The notes below the pieces were generated by a model, which did no database searches, had not been told where the DNA came from, and was given only the letters and a program-made list of their open reading frames with translations. The position numbers and the translations under genes were made by a program. Below, piece by piece: positions 38,040 to 47,370 of a DNA stretch of 64,000 nucleotides. Origin of the DNA: Candidatus Pacebacteria bacterium CG_4_9_14_0_2_um_filter_40_15. Lineage in GTDB: Bacteria > Patescibacteriota > Microgenomatia > UBA1400 > PJMF01. How positions within the stretch are numbered: position 1 is the stretch's first letter; each line of letters begins with the position of its first letter. The DNA is taken from contig PFRS01000001.1 in the NCBI GenBank assembly GCA_002788675.1, forward strand, positions 234,706 through 298,705, read 5' to 3'.

Positions 38040-40034
38040 TTATTTCTCAGGCGGAGCGTAATCATCTATCGAATAGAGATTTTGCGATTTTCGCTCAGTT
38101 GTGTCCGTTTGCATCTTTTGCTGAAGCTTTTGTTGAGCAGCAGGCTGATTGGGTGTTTGTGCTTGAGGTGGATGTACGTTATCGGCCGCAGCAACTTTTG
38201 CTGCTTGTTGTCGTTTATATATTTCTTCAGGGTTTGTGGTAATGAGTTGATGTTCTTCATCAGAGGCAACAACGCGCAATGCTACATGGTTTTGACCTGC
38301 AAAGAAAATACCTTCACCCACATCGGCCGTGACGAGAAGCTGTCGCTCTCCTTGTGATAGGTAGAATGTTTCAGCTAAGACGGGGATTGAAGCAGTTGAC
38401 TGCTTCATTAAGAATTGAATCGAAGCATTTGTAACAATTGCTTTTCCGTAATCGTTATGGATAAAGTCTTCAACGTCCTGAGTAATAGTCGTGATGCCTA
38501 AGTAGTATTTGCGAGCGCGTTTCACCATAGAGTGAATAAATGAAGCTGAATCTGGATGTTTCATAAAGTACCAGGCCTCATCAACAACGAGAATGCGTTT
38601 TTTGAGATCTTTTTTCACACGAGTCCAGATAAAGTCCAAAATCATATACATGGCAATTGGACGCATTTCTTCTTCCATTTCTTTAACAGAGAAGACAGTC
38701 AACTGATTGGTAATGTTTATGTTTGATTTTTGATCAAAGATACCTCTAAAAGATCCAGTAATGAATTTTTCAAGGCGGGCAGCGATATCATTGGCATCAT
38801 TATTTTCCATACCAATAAGTGCTTTGTAGACGTCCTCCATGAGTGGTGGCTCGTTTGTTTGAGTAGCCGGATCCGGGGTGATACCCTTTGCTTTATAGGC
38901 TGCAACAAGTGCTCTATCAAGCAAGGCTTCTTGCTGAGCAGACATTACTCCCAACATAACTTTAAGGAGCCCATGGAGAGATATAATTTTTTGGCCGAGT
39001 TCGTTTTCACCTTCTTCATACAGATTGGAAAGATCGAATGGATTAATTTTAGATTCAGAACTAAACGTGAAGTTAATGTATTGCCCTTCAACAGCTACTG
39101 CCAGATCTTCATATTCGTGTTCCGGATCAAGTACAATCACTTCTGCACCAAACATAAGTTGTCTGAGAATTTCGAGTTTAACGGTATATGATTTTCCAGC
39201 ACCAGATTTTGCGAAGATGACCATGTTGGCATTTTCCATTTTGAAGCGGTCAAAGATGATCAATGATTCATTATGCTCGTTAATGCCATACATGATTCCG
39301 GTTTCCATGGTGAGTTCACTTGATGTGAAGGGAAAGGTTGTTGCAAGAGATGTGGTATCCATGTTTCGAGTAACTTGGAGCTTGTCCACACCCATTGGGA
39401 GCGTCGACTTAAAACCATCGTCCATTTGAAGCGTGGCTTTTTTAGAAACAATTAAGAGAGAACCCAACGTAGACTGGATAGCTTTAGTAACTCTATCGAG
39501 TTCATCTTTATCTTTTGCCTGAATAGTTACGTACAAACCAAATTGAAAGAATCTTTCAGAACCTTTTGCCAATTCTTCACGAATGTAGCGAGCGTCCTCA
39601 AGTTTAACTTCAGTATTAATGTTTGAGATTTTACCGGCACGAAGGTCTGATTGGATTTCAGCTTCCATTTCAGTAATTTTTCTTTTGAGGTTGTCAAGAA
39701 TTTCACCTGAATCGACAGGATACACAAACATTGAAACATTTATCTGATGAGGAAAGTTAATAAGTGGTGAAAGCCAGTTAGCTGGAACGGATCGGGGATA
39801 CCCCGCCACAAACAGTGTCCGGGTAAAGGTCTCATTAATTTTTTGAAAAGTGAAGTCAACTTCAATGGCTTCAGGAGCAATAATGTCTTGAATAGTGACT
39901 AAGCCTCGAGAGAACTCTTGCAGTTTTTCGAGTTCGCGCTTTTGTTTTTCAAGCTCTTTTGCTTCAGGAGTAGCTTCTGCTGGAGCAGCAGTTTTTTTCT
40001 TTCCAAATGGTAGTAGTGAGCTTAAGTCGGGCAT
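38040..40034 (-). CDS. VirB4/TrbE/CagE-family T4SS ATPase
   Basis: Walker A AKSGAGKSYTVK; Walker B ILVVDEAWYFM; ITTITQDVEDF; size and order of motifs typical of VirB4. Confidence 0.8.
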   Translation of the reverse strand: MPDLSSLLPFGKKKTAAPAEATPEAKELEKQKRELEKLQEFSRGLVTIQDIIAPEAIEVDFTFQKINETFTRTLFVAGYPRSVPANWLSPLINFPHQINVSMFVYPVDSGEILDNLKRKITEMEAEIQSDLRAGKISNINTEVKLEDARYIREELAKGSERFFQFGLYVTIQAKDKDELDRVTKAIQSTLGSLLIVSKKATLQMDDGFKSTLPMGVDKLQVTRNMDTTSLATTFPFTSSELTMETGIMYGINEHNESLIIFDRFKMENANMVIFAKSGAGKSYTVKLEILRQLMFGAEVIVLDPEHEYEDLAVAVEGQYINFTFSSESKINPFDLSNLYEEGENELGQKIISLHGLLKVMLGVMSAQQEALLDRALVAAYKAKGITPDPATQTNEPPLMEDVYKALIGMENNDANDIAARLEKFITGSFRGIFDQKSNINITNQLTVFSVKEMEEEMRPIAMYMILDFIWTRVKKDLKKRILVVDEAWYFMKHPDSASFIHSMVKRARKYYLGITTITQDVEDFIHNDYGKAIVTNASIQFLMKQSTASIPVLAETFYLSQGERQLLVTADVGEGIFFAGQNHVALRVVASDEEHQLITTNPEEIYKRQQAAKVAAADNVHPPQAQTPNQPAAQQKLQQKMQTDTTERKSQNLYSIDDYAPPEK

Positions 40035-40048
40035 TAGGTTCTATCTTA

Positions 40049-41599
40049 CTAGATTTCTGGGAGAGGAGGAAGGTCTGCTCCAGATTTTTGGTCGTTAGTT
40101 GGTGTTGCTGCTTGAACAGGTTCCGTTGTAGTGGGTATCTCAAAAATTGGTTCGATTGGTGATCCCAGTGAAGCTGCTTTATCTGGACTGGTTGTGTTCA
40201 TAACAGCACCGGCATCAGGAACAACAGCACTTATTGGTGAAGGTGCAGCTTGTTGCATATTGGGTAGTGTGGGTTTTGGTAGATCAGATGAACCAGTTGT
40301 GGAAGCAAGCGTTGGCCCTACAACCGCAGGTTTTGGTGTTGAAGGAGAACTCTTGATTGGAGATTGAGGAACAGCGACAGGTATTTCAGAAACAGTAGGT
40401 TCAGCCTCTTCAATAGTTGCTGTTTCAGTTGGAGTTGTTGTTTGTGATGGAACAGTTGTGTCTGTTGGTTTTTCAATAGCATTAGTTGGTTCTGGTTGAA
40501 TTGGTTCTGTTGAAGCAGTGGGTTCAGCTAGAGTAACAGCTACTGGCTCGGGTGATGCTAGGGGGTCTGGTGTCGCCGGTGCAGGACTTTCAGTTGGCTG
40601 GACAGCAACTTCAGGTTGTGTTTGGGCATCGTCTACAGGAGTAGGTGTTGCTGGCATTTGAGTTGGCGTATAGCCTTGAGTTGTTGCCGTTTGAGCTGGA
40701 AAAGAAGTGCTTTCTTGAGGAAGCGTTATTTCAGAAGGAAGTGTTACTGGGAAATCGGGTGATAGCTGGGCAGGAATACTTGCAGGTTCAGGAACGGGTG
40801 TTGGAAGAGCTCCTGGGAGAGTAGCTTCTTGTTCTTGAATAGCTGTAGCTGCCGCTGTGGCAACAGGAACAGGCTGATTCATGGTTGGGTTTTGAGCGTC
40901 GTTCATCGTGGCTCCTTCAACTCCAGCTGTGACCATTGGAGTGGTGTAATTACTAGTGTCAGAAATTTGCTGCCCCTCGGCCGCTTCTGGGTTATAGCTT
41001 ACATAGAAAAATTGAATGATCTCTTGAGTTGCTAGTTGTCTAGCAAAAAGTCCAATTCTTCCAAACTGGGCAAGTAAGTGATCTCGTTTTGGTTCAAGTA
41101 AATTGCGAGCCTTTTCAATTACAGCAGTGCGTTGCTCGGGGTTAATAGCTGAGGTATTTGACTGACCAGGCATGATACTCTGAGCAGGTAAAATTCCCAG
41201 CTCGATAGGCGCTGCTGAAAGTGCCACATAGAATTTTTTATCAAGAACATTTCTTTCTCTAATTAAATTACCGACAAACTCTCGATAGCGACGGATTCGC
41301 TGTTGCTGTGTTCGAGATGTTGATTGATCTTCTTGGTCTTTGAGAATTTGAAGATAGCTAGTTACGTCTTTTGTTTGTGAATGGATAATAATCTGAATTG
41401 GATAGTTAAGAGAATTGAGTAATCCTGCATAAGAATACATGATGCTGTCTTGTTCTTCTTCAGCAAGCAAACCGAAGTTCATTGCATCAACTTGAATAAT
41501 AAGAGAACAGGTACCATCCTTGAGAATTACCATGTTATTAGTAATATCGAAAATATCAAGAAATTTTTGAGTGGTTGAGTGTAAAATATTTTCAGTCAT
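40049..41599 (-). CDS. Hypothetical T4SS-operon protein: about 240-aa N-terminal domain plus 270-aa Pro/Thr/Ala-rich tail
   Basis: No TM; the tail is PTxxP/TTPTE-type low complexity; 14 nt upstream of virB4-like. Confidence 0.4.
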   Translation of the reverse strand: MTENILHSTTQKFLDIFDITNNMVILKDGTCSLIIQVDAMNFGLLAEEEQDSIMYSYAGLLNSLNYPIQIIIHSQTKDVTSYLQILKDQEDQSTSRTQQQRIRRYREFVGNLIRERNVLDKKFYVALSAAPIELGILPAQSIMPGQSNTSAINPEQRTAVIEKARNLLEPKRDHLLAQFGRIGLFARQLATQEIIQFFYVSYNPEAAEGQQISDTSNYTTPMVTAGVEGATMNDAQNPTMNQPVPVATAAATAIQEQEATLPGALPTPVPEPASIPAQLSPDFPVTLPSEITLPQESTSFPAQTATTQGYTPTQMPATPTPVDDAQTQPEVAVQPTESPAPATPDPLASPEPVAVTLAEPTASTEPIQPEPTNAIEKPTDTTVPSQTTTPTETATIEEAEPTVSEIPVAVPQSPIKSSPSTPKPAVVGPTLASTTGSSDLPKPTLPNMQQAAPSPISAVVPDAGAVMNTTSPDKAASLGSPIEPIFEIPTTTEPVQAATPTNDQKSGADLPPLPEI

Positions 41600-41638
41600 T
41601 TTTGTATACTTGTATCTTAGCTGTTTTAGCGGCTACGC

Positions 41639-42832
41639 TCAACTCAAACTTCGAACTTCAATTGGTTGTACCAAGTCTCCGGTTAATTGAATACTCATTG
41701 GTTCAAAAGAGAAGCCATCTTTGTCGACTGTTATGGTGTAATTCCCGTTTGCTAACGGCGTGGTCACAAAGAATTGACCGAGCGCATTTGTTTTAACAGC
41801 TCTGGCAACTGTGCCATCTTGTTGCAAAATTTCGATTATGGCATTAACAATGAGCTCATTATTTGGAGAAAGCACCATTCCAACGAGTTTATTTGGTTCA
41901 CTTGGAGATTCTGGGAAAGGTAGATTTGTGTTGAATTCAGCCTGGTCAGCCATCGTTTGATCATTTTTTGTGCCGTATGCTTCATTACCCATAAAGGTCA
42001 TTGAATCTTCAGCTGGTGTAGAAGTAGTGTCTGTTTCAGCCTCCACAGCTTGTTTGTTTGGATCAACAACAGCAATGAGTTGCGTTTCGGGAATGGCGAT
42101 TTCTTGAGCTACATCTTTGGCATCTTGTTGTTGTTTTGCAAGGACATTGCGTTGCGTGTACATATCAGTTAGGGCTGAGTCTGAGCTGGGAACTGCTCCA
42201 ACAGCATGAGTAGCATTTTGCTGAGGTAGTGCTTGTCCTTCAGCTGAGTACACAACATTTTCTTGGTGTAATGGTCGTAAGTTACGCACGCGCACTCCAA
42301 GTTTGGGCTTGGTGATTCTTCTTGATTTAGCTGTAGTTGGATCTGACTTAACGCTTGAAAAAGTACCCAGAATTGCATTCATTCGATCGATTTCATCTGA
42401 ATCAAATGAGTAAGGGTCTTCAACATTGGGAACAGATGTTAAGTATTCACGGATACGTTCTTTTTTAACTGGGCCTAGATCAACGTCCATCTCGGTGCGA
42501 GGACTAGACATATTTGGTGTAAAACTAAAAACTTCCGGAACATGAGCCTCTCGTTTCCAAAAGAATTGAGTTGGTTTATACATAACTCGAATAAAAGTGA
42601 GAATCCAGTGATCAAGTGGCCGTTCTTCAATGGGTAAAAATGCGATTAGTCCACCTGAAACCCCGGAAAAGAGCATAAGGGGATATTTAATAGCCGCGGG
42701 AAGATTTGTAGAGTAAAAAAGAGCAGCAAGACCTACACCCAGAGCAATTTCAACAAATTGCTTCAGAGTCATGCTTCCAATAATATGGAATTTATAACCG
42801 GTGATGTCTTGAGGAATTGGATGTTCTCTCAT
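41639..42832 (-). CDS. PrgI/VirB3-like two-TM N-terminal module fused to a large C-terminal extension with carboxypeptidase-regulatory-like beta-sandwich
   Basis: HPIPQDITGYKFHIIGSMTLKQFVEIALGVGLAALFY plus a second TM resembles PrgI-family (Gram-positive VirB3 analogue) openers; C-terminus NGNYTITVDKDGFSFEPMSIQLTG is CarboxypepD_reg-like. Confidence 0.45.
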   Translation of the reverse strand: MREHPIPQDITGYKFHIIGSMTLKQFVEIALGVGLAALFYSTNLPAAIKYPLMLFSGVSGGLIAFLPIEERPLDHWILTFIRVMYKPTQFFWKREAHVPEVFSFTPNMSSPRTEMDVDLGPVKKERIREYLTSVPNVEDPYSFDSDEIDRMNAILGTFSSVKSDPTTAKSRRITKPKLGVRVRNLRPLHQENVVYSAEGQALPQQNATHAVGAVPSSDSALTDMYTQRNVLAKQQQDAKDVAQEIAIPETQLIAVVDPNKQAVEAETDTTSTPAEDSMTFMGNEAYGTKNDQTMADQAEFNTNLPFPESPSEPNKLVGMVLSPNNELIVNAIIEILQQDGTVARAVKTNALGQFFVTTPLANGNYTITVDKDGFSFEPMSIQLTGDLVQPIEVRSLS

Positions 42833-42932
42833 GATAGGGCAGCCTCTACTTCGATGTGTTCATCATACCAGGAAATTGTCCAACAATTCTAGTCTCGTGT
42901 GATGTTTCATTTTTAGCAGTGCTCAGACACTA

Positions 42933-43565
42933 TTAGCGAGGAAAAGCCTCTGGCTGAGTTGCTTCTGTGCTTAATTGACGCCCCCAGTTGAGCATAAAGG
43001 TTTCTGTGTCGGTTGGTTCAAAATGCCAAGTTTGATTAATAACTTTATTTGAGATGTTGGCAACAATTACTAAGCCTTCATCTAAAAATACGTGTGCTTT
43101 AACATTTTCATTCACTTGAGGTGCGAATAATTCAAAGTCGGGCTCACCATAGAGAGTGATGTAGTTTGAAAGTGTATTGTTTTCATCGAACTTTGCTGGA
43201 ATCTGAATAAATTCGACAATTCCTTCTTTATTTACGAGTATCTCATTATGATAGGCTGCAAAATGTTCAGAGGAATAGGTAATATGTTGTTTTTCAGCTG
43301 GTAGATTCTCAACTTCGAGAGGTTTTCCTAACTCTTCGAGCAGTTTTGGAGTCAGTTTAAATCCAGGAGTTAGGCCTTGCCATGTGTTTTCTTGAACGGG
43401 AGGTTCTTCAATGGGAATAAACTGTTGAACTGCTGATGCGATTACCAGCAACACTGCCAAGACAGCTAAAAAGATGAAAATAATTTTTGTATATTTATTT
43501 TTTTTTGGTTGCTTTGATTGCTCGTACGCTTGATTCTGGTATTTGTGGGCATTTTGTTGTTGCAT
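42933..43565 (-). CDS. Membrane-anchored hypothetical protein (translationally coupled, TAATG overlap)
   Basis: ATG at 43565 overlaps the TAA of the upstream giant gene; TM IIFIFLAVLAVLLVIASAV; 210 aa. Confidence 0.4.
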   Translation of the reverse strand: MQQQNAHKYQNQAYEQSKQPKKNKYTKIIFIFLAVLAVLLVIASAVQQFIPIEEPPVQENTWQGLTPGFKLTPKLLEELGKPLEVENLPAEKQHITYSSEHFAAYHNEILVNKEGIVEFIQIPAKFDENNTLSNYITLYGEPDFELFAPQVNENVKAHVFLDEGLVIVANISNKVINQTWHFEPTDTETFMLNWGRQLSTEATQPEAFPR

Positions 43566-46500
43566 TAGTATTCTATCCCTCCAAAAATATTTTCTTGAAT
43601 CCATGCATATTCTACCGGATAGCGAGACTTGAATGGGAACATGCCTGTCCAGCCATCATTGCTGAAGCTGAGTGTTTGCCAGACAACATAGTCTACAACA
43701 GCTTCTGCAAATGCTTCACCCTCTGAACAGTTACCCGGAACTGGATAGGTAAAGCAGCCGGAATCTCCGGGAAGCGGAGAGGTCTGAATTGCTTTGAATT
43801 GTGTTTGTAAATCTGGCATTGATGGAACAGCTGGTTGGTTTCTAGCATTTATCATATGCCCAGTTTCATGGACTATGGTGTATTCCATCCATTCCACGCT
43901 TGAATTAAAGAAGTCACCGTAAAAACCAATTTTTTCGGTGTTCACTCTCCAACCATAGTATCCTTGAGGGCTTGGTGGCCATTTATGTAGTGAAATATCG
44001 CCTTTTTCACAGAGAAGTGACAAGTACTTGGGATTAGTTCCAACCTTGCTAATAAATGCTCTTAGGAATTTTATAATGTCATCTTTAGTCCACTCAACGG
44101 AGGTATTTACGATAGTTTGGCCAGCGTCATTTTTATATTCTGTTGGTTGATCAGCAGGGGCAAACTCAAAACATCCAATCGGAGGATCTCCTATAATTAA
44201 CATACCGAGTGCCGAGATACTTTCTCCTTGTATTAGGAGCTTTCCGCTGCCGTCATATACGTCAACAACAAAGGTAACGGTATTAATTACCAATGCATCT
44301 TCACCAGAAATTGGCAGCGTATATTCAGCTGTTTGAACGGTTGAAAATTTTTCTTGATCAAAGTTATCAATAGTTAGCGGAGAGTCTGGAACTGTTGCCT
44401 CACCGCCAAGAACCAAAAATTCGTCAGTGACGCGTTTAATTTGCAGGGCATAGCCAGGCTTGGGAAGTATTTTAATTTCGTATGAAATGTCCTTTTCCTC
44501 ATTGTTGTCAATTTCATCAGGCGTTGGTGTTTTTACTATAGTTGCGTATTTAGAGACAGTTGGAGTGCCTTTACTAATGGTAAAGGGCATCGGTACCAAA
44601 AAAGCACCCATGATGACCATAAAAACAATCAATGTCATAAATCCAGGCAAAATAACACTTGTCCCCACTGCGATTGCGGGAAGTGAGGTTAAAAATGAAC
44701 CAGTAGCTGCTGCAGCAGCTTGCAGTCCCGATACTGTTGCAGCCGCAGGAGCAGTTGCTGTCGCGGTGGATCCAGCAACGGCTTGTTGACCGATGTTAGT
44801 AACAGCCTGTACAGCATTGCCTGTTCCTTGAATAACCCCATTTGCTGCTGCTTGGGTACCTTTTGCAATTTGGAGAGGTGTTGTAGCGCTTGTTCCGCTG
44901 CCAAAGACGGAGTTTGCTCCAAATGAGGGAGCGCTGAGCCCTGCGCTAGCAGTACCAGTGGCTGGGCCCTTGCCTATGAGGTTCATGAACCAATTTTGGG
45001 CGGCTAGACCTGCGTTGGCGCCAGCAGACACTCCTAAAAATATAGCGAGTGGGCTTCCAACTCCAAGTACGCCACCTATAATTCCACCAGCAACTCCTCC
45101 AATCATACCTCCCACAGTTTGAAGGGCTTGAATGGTTTTATAGATCAGGGCGCCAACAGCGCCAGCAGTGAGACCAGTTAGGGCTAGGGCTAGTTTTTTT
45201 GTATTTTCTTTACCAATAAGTAATTCAAGTGCTCGAGCTCCAGCAACAACTGCAGTACCCACTCCGGTACCCATAGCAAGTTTTTCTGCAATTTTTTTTG
45301 CAGCTTCGGTTTTGATTTTGCTTGAGGCTGGGTTACCAGCTGCTGCCTTAAATGCGCCCGAAAGCTTTGATGCTGTTCCGGTAGCGGCAGCGACATTATC
45401 AGAACCTGATCCAGTTTTTTTGTTTGAGTCTCCGCCCGATGAGATTTGTTGCTGTGAGACGACCATTTCTTGCAAGCTTTGTTGATCGAGCGGCACTTGC
45501 TCATGCATCTGATCTAAAACTTTTTCATCAATTTGAATTACGAACTCGTTTCGAATGTGAAGGGATAGTGTTTCAGCTCGTTGAACGGTTACAACATATT
45601 CGTTCATCTCTTGAGCTATTGCTAGTTGCTCAAGTTGCGCTTCTTCAGCGACTGTTTGTTCATCAATAATTATTTGAGTGTACTTTTTTAAAAATTTTGG
45701 ATCGAGTTCAGCAATGTTAATTGGCATGGGATATCCCTCAGGAGGATGTTTGCCATCTGGGGTTGGATAATATGCTCCCAGTAGTGCCATTGCAACTGCC
45801 TGTTCTTCAGGTTTAAGGCTGCGCCAAGTTAATCCAAATATTTTTTCATTTTGTTCAAGAGCACGTTGAATTTTTTTTCCTGTTTTATCACTTGTAGTTG
45901 AAATTGCATCTGCAGTAAGTTCACCCTTTTCATCACCACTTGATGCATGAGAAGTAATGGTGTTTCTTACACTGTTGATCAACTCAACTGATTCAGCAGA
46001 GCCCAGGTCTGCATCACCAATAAGACCATCTTTAGTTTTTTCTTCTTGTGTATGTAGTGTGAGTTCAGACACTCTAATTTCAACAAATGAAACAAGAGTT
46101 CCCTTAAGGGCTTCAACTTGATCAGGAGTTAAATCATATGCGGAAAGACCAAATATAAGTTCAATTTTTTGTTTATCAAATGAACTAATAAGCCCAATGG
46201 CTTTGTCACCATGGGTAATCGCTATACTTTCAACAATTTTTTCAACATTTTTATCAACTACTGGATTTTTATCATTAATAATTGAATGCAGTTTTTTCTC
46301 AAAAATTTCTTGAGATGAGCGAACCTCGTTAAATTGAGGAACATTATTTTTTTCGTAAAAGTTTTTTTCTCTAAGTAGTCTGCTTAATCCTCGTATAGCT
46401 TTGAGTCGGGCAGTTGGACTACCAGAAAGCAGAGCTGCTAGGTCACCTTCTTTACCTAAATATTGGGTAGCGTAGTCAGTTAATTGGGCCCTCAATGCTG

Positions 46501-47308
46501 GATCAAGGTCACTCATCTCAACACCCATGCTGTCCGCAATTTGAAGCATAGTGAAGCTCGTCATCCAGCCGACACTAATGCCATATTGTTTTAGTTGTTC
46601 TTGGGAAAGTTGTTCGTTGAGTGGACGTTTAGGATCAATTACTTGATCTTTTTTGAGAAGTGTTTCAGATGCATCCTCGTCGTCTTCAGCATCACCGTCA
46701 CTTGTGTTGGGGGTATTACTTTCACTGAGTTCTTTTCTGAGTTTAATTTTAATATCCTCAGCTGCTTCTTGTGTTTCTACTTCCTCAATAATTTCATCTT
46801 CTTCTTTTTCTGGTTCAGGTTCATCACTTTTTGCAAAAGCAAGAGCTAGTTTATTTGCTAGCTCAGCAATTTCATGTCTTTTTGTCCATGTTGTTAGTTC
46901 GTCGACGACGTCAACCGGTGTGTTAGAAGCAGAAACCCAAGACTCAAGTTGTTTTTCGGTTGTTGCATATGCTTTAAATGCTTCTCGAGAAGCGGAATTT
47001 CTGAATTTTTGAGCTAAGTCGAGCAATATTGCCGCATAATCAGACCAATAAAAATTGTCATCCTGTTCTTCTATTGGGACACCATCTCTTGTGTAATGAG
47101 AAACAGTTAATTCATGTATGTTGCGATCTGAATCAAGAGGAATTCTAACAATCAAGCCAGATTGTAATTCTTCATTACGAACTACTTTTTGGAGCTCTTT
47201 AAGTACTTCTTCAAGTTGAGGACGATTCCGTTTTAATGACAGAGAAGAATTAAGTCGTTTTACGTCTTTAATTTTGACTTCTTCTGGAAGATTATTGTCG
47301 GCTGCCAT
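43565..47308 (-). CDS. Giant (1247 aa) protein: acidic coiled-coil N-terminus, Gly-zipper membrane core, C-terminal HExxH zincin-like metallopeptidase domain
   Basis: IVHETGHMINA (HExxH), with a downstream CSEGEAFAEAVVDY segment that could supply the third zinc ligand (not verified). The central region has GxxxG/AxxxG repeats (GGMIGGVAGGIIGGVLGVGSPLAIFLGVSAGANAGLAA). Confidence 0.55.
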   Translation of the reverse strand: MAADNNLPEEVKIKDVKRLNSSLSLKRNRPQLEEVLKELQKVVRNEELQSGLIVRIPLDSDRNIHELTVSHYTRDGVPIEEQDDNFYWSDYAAILLDLAQKFRNSASREAFKAYATTEKQLESWVSASNTPVDVVDELTTWTKRHEIAELANKLALAFAKSDEPEPEKEEDEIIEEVETQEAAEDIKIKLRKELSESNTPNTSDGDAEDDEDASETLLKKDQVIDPKRPLNEQLSQEQLKQYGISVGWMTSFTMLQIADSMGVEMSDLDPALRAQLTDYATQYLGKEGDLAALLSGSPTARLKAIRGLSRLLREKNFYEKNNVPQFNEVRSSQEIFEKKLHSIINDKNPVVDKNVEKIVESIAITHGDKAIGLISSFDKQKIELIFGLSAYDLTPDQVEALKGTLVSFVEIRVSELTLHTQEEKTKDGLIGDADLGSAESVELINSVRNTITSHASSGDEKGELTADAISTTSDKTGKKIQRALEQNEKIFGLTWRSLKPEEQAVAMALLGAYYPTPDGKHPPEGYPMPINIAELDPKFLKKYTQIIIDEQTVAEEAQLEQLAIAQEMNEYVVTVQRAETLSLHIRNEFVIQIDEKVLDQMHEQVPLDQQSLQEMVVSQQQISSGGDSNKKTGSGSDNVAAATGTASKLSGAFKAAAGNPASSKIKTEAAKKIAEKLAMGTGVGTAVVAGARALELLIGKENTKKLALALTGLTAGAVGALIYKTIQALQTVGGMIGGVAGGIIGGVLGVGSPLAIFLGVSAGANAGLAAQNWFMNLIGKGPATGTASAGLSAPSFGANSVFGSGTSATTPLQIAKGTQAAANGVIQGTGNAVQAVTNIGQQAVAGSTATATAPAAATVSGLQAAAAATGSFLTSLPAIAVGTSVILPGFMTLIVFMVIMGAFLVPMPFTISKGTPTVSKYATIVKTPTPDEIDNNEEKDISYEIKILPKPGYALQIKRVTDEFLVLGGEATVPDSPLTIDNFDQEKFSTVQTAEYTLPISGEDALVINTVTFVVDVYDGSGKLLIQGESISALGMLIIGDPPIGCFEFAPADQPTEYKNDAGQTIVNTSVEWTKDDIIKFLRAFISKVGTNPKYLSLLCEKGDISLHKWPPSPQGYYGWRVNTEKIGFYGDFFNSSVEWMEYTIVHETGHMINARNQPAVPSMPDLQTQFKAIQTSPLPGDSGCFTYPVPGNCSEGEAFAEAVVDYVVWQTLSFSNDGWTGMFPFKSRYPVEYAWIQENIFGGIEY

Positions 47309-47370
47309 GATTCGATTATACCAGGGAAAACAGTAGTTAGAAAGTTGGCATGTTAATTTTTTACTTTAAA

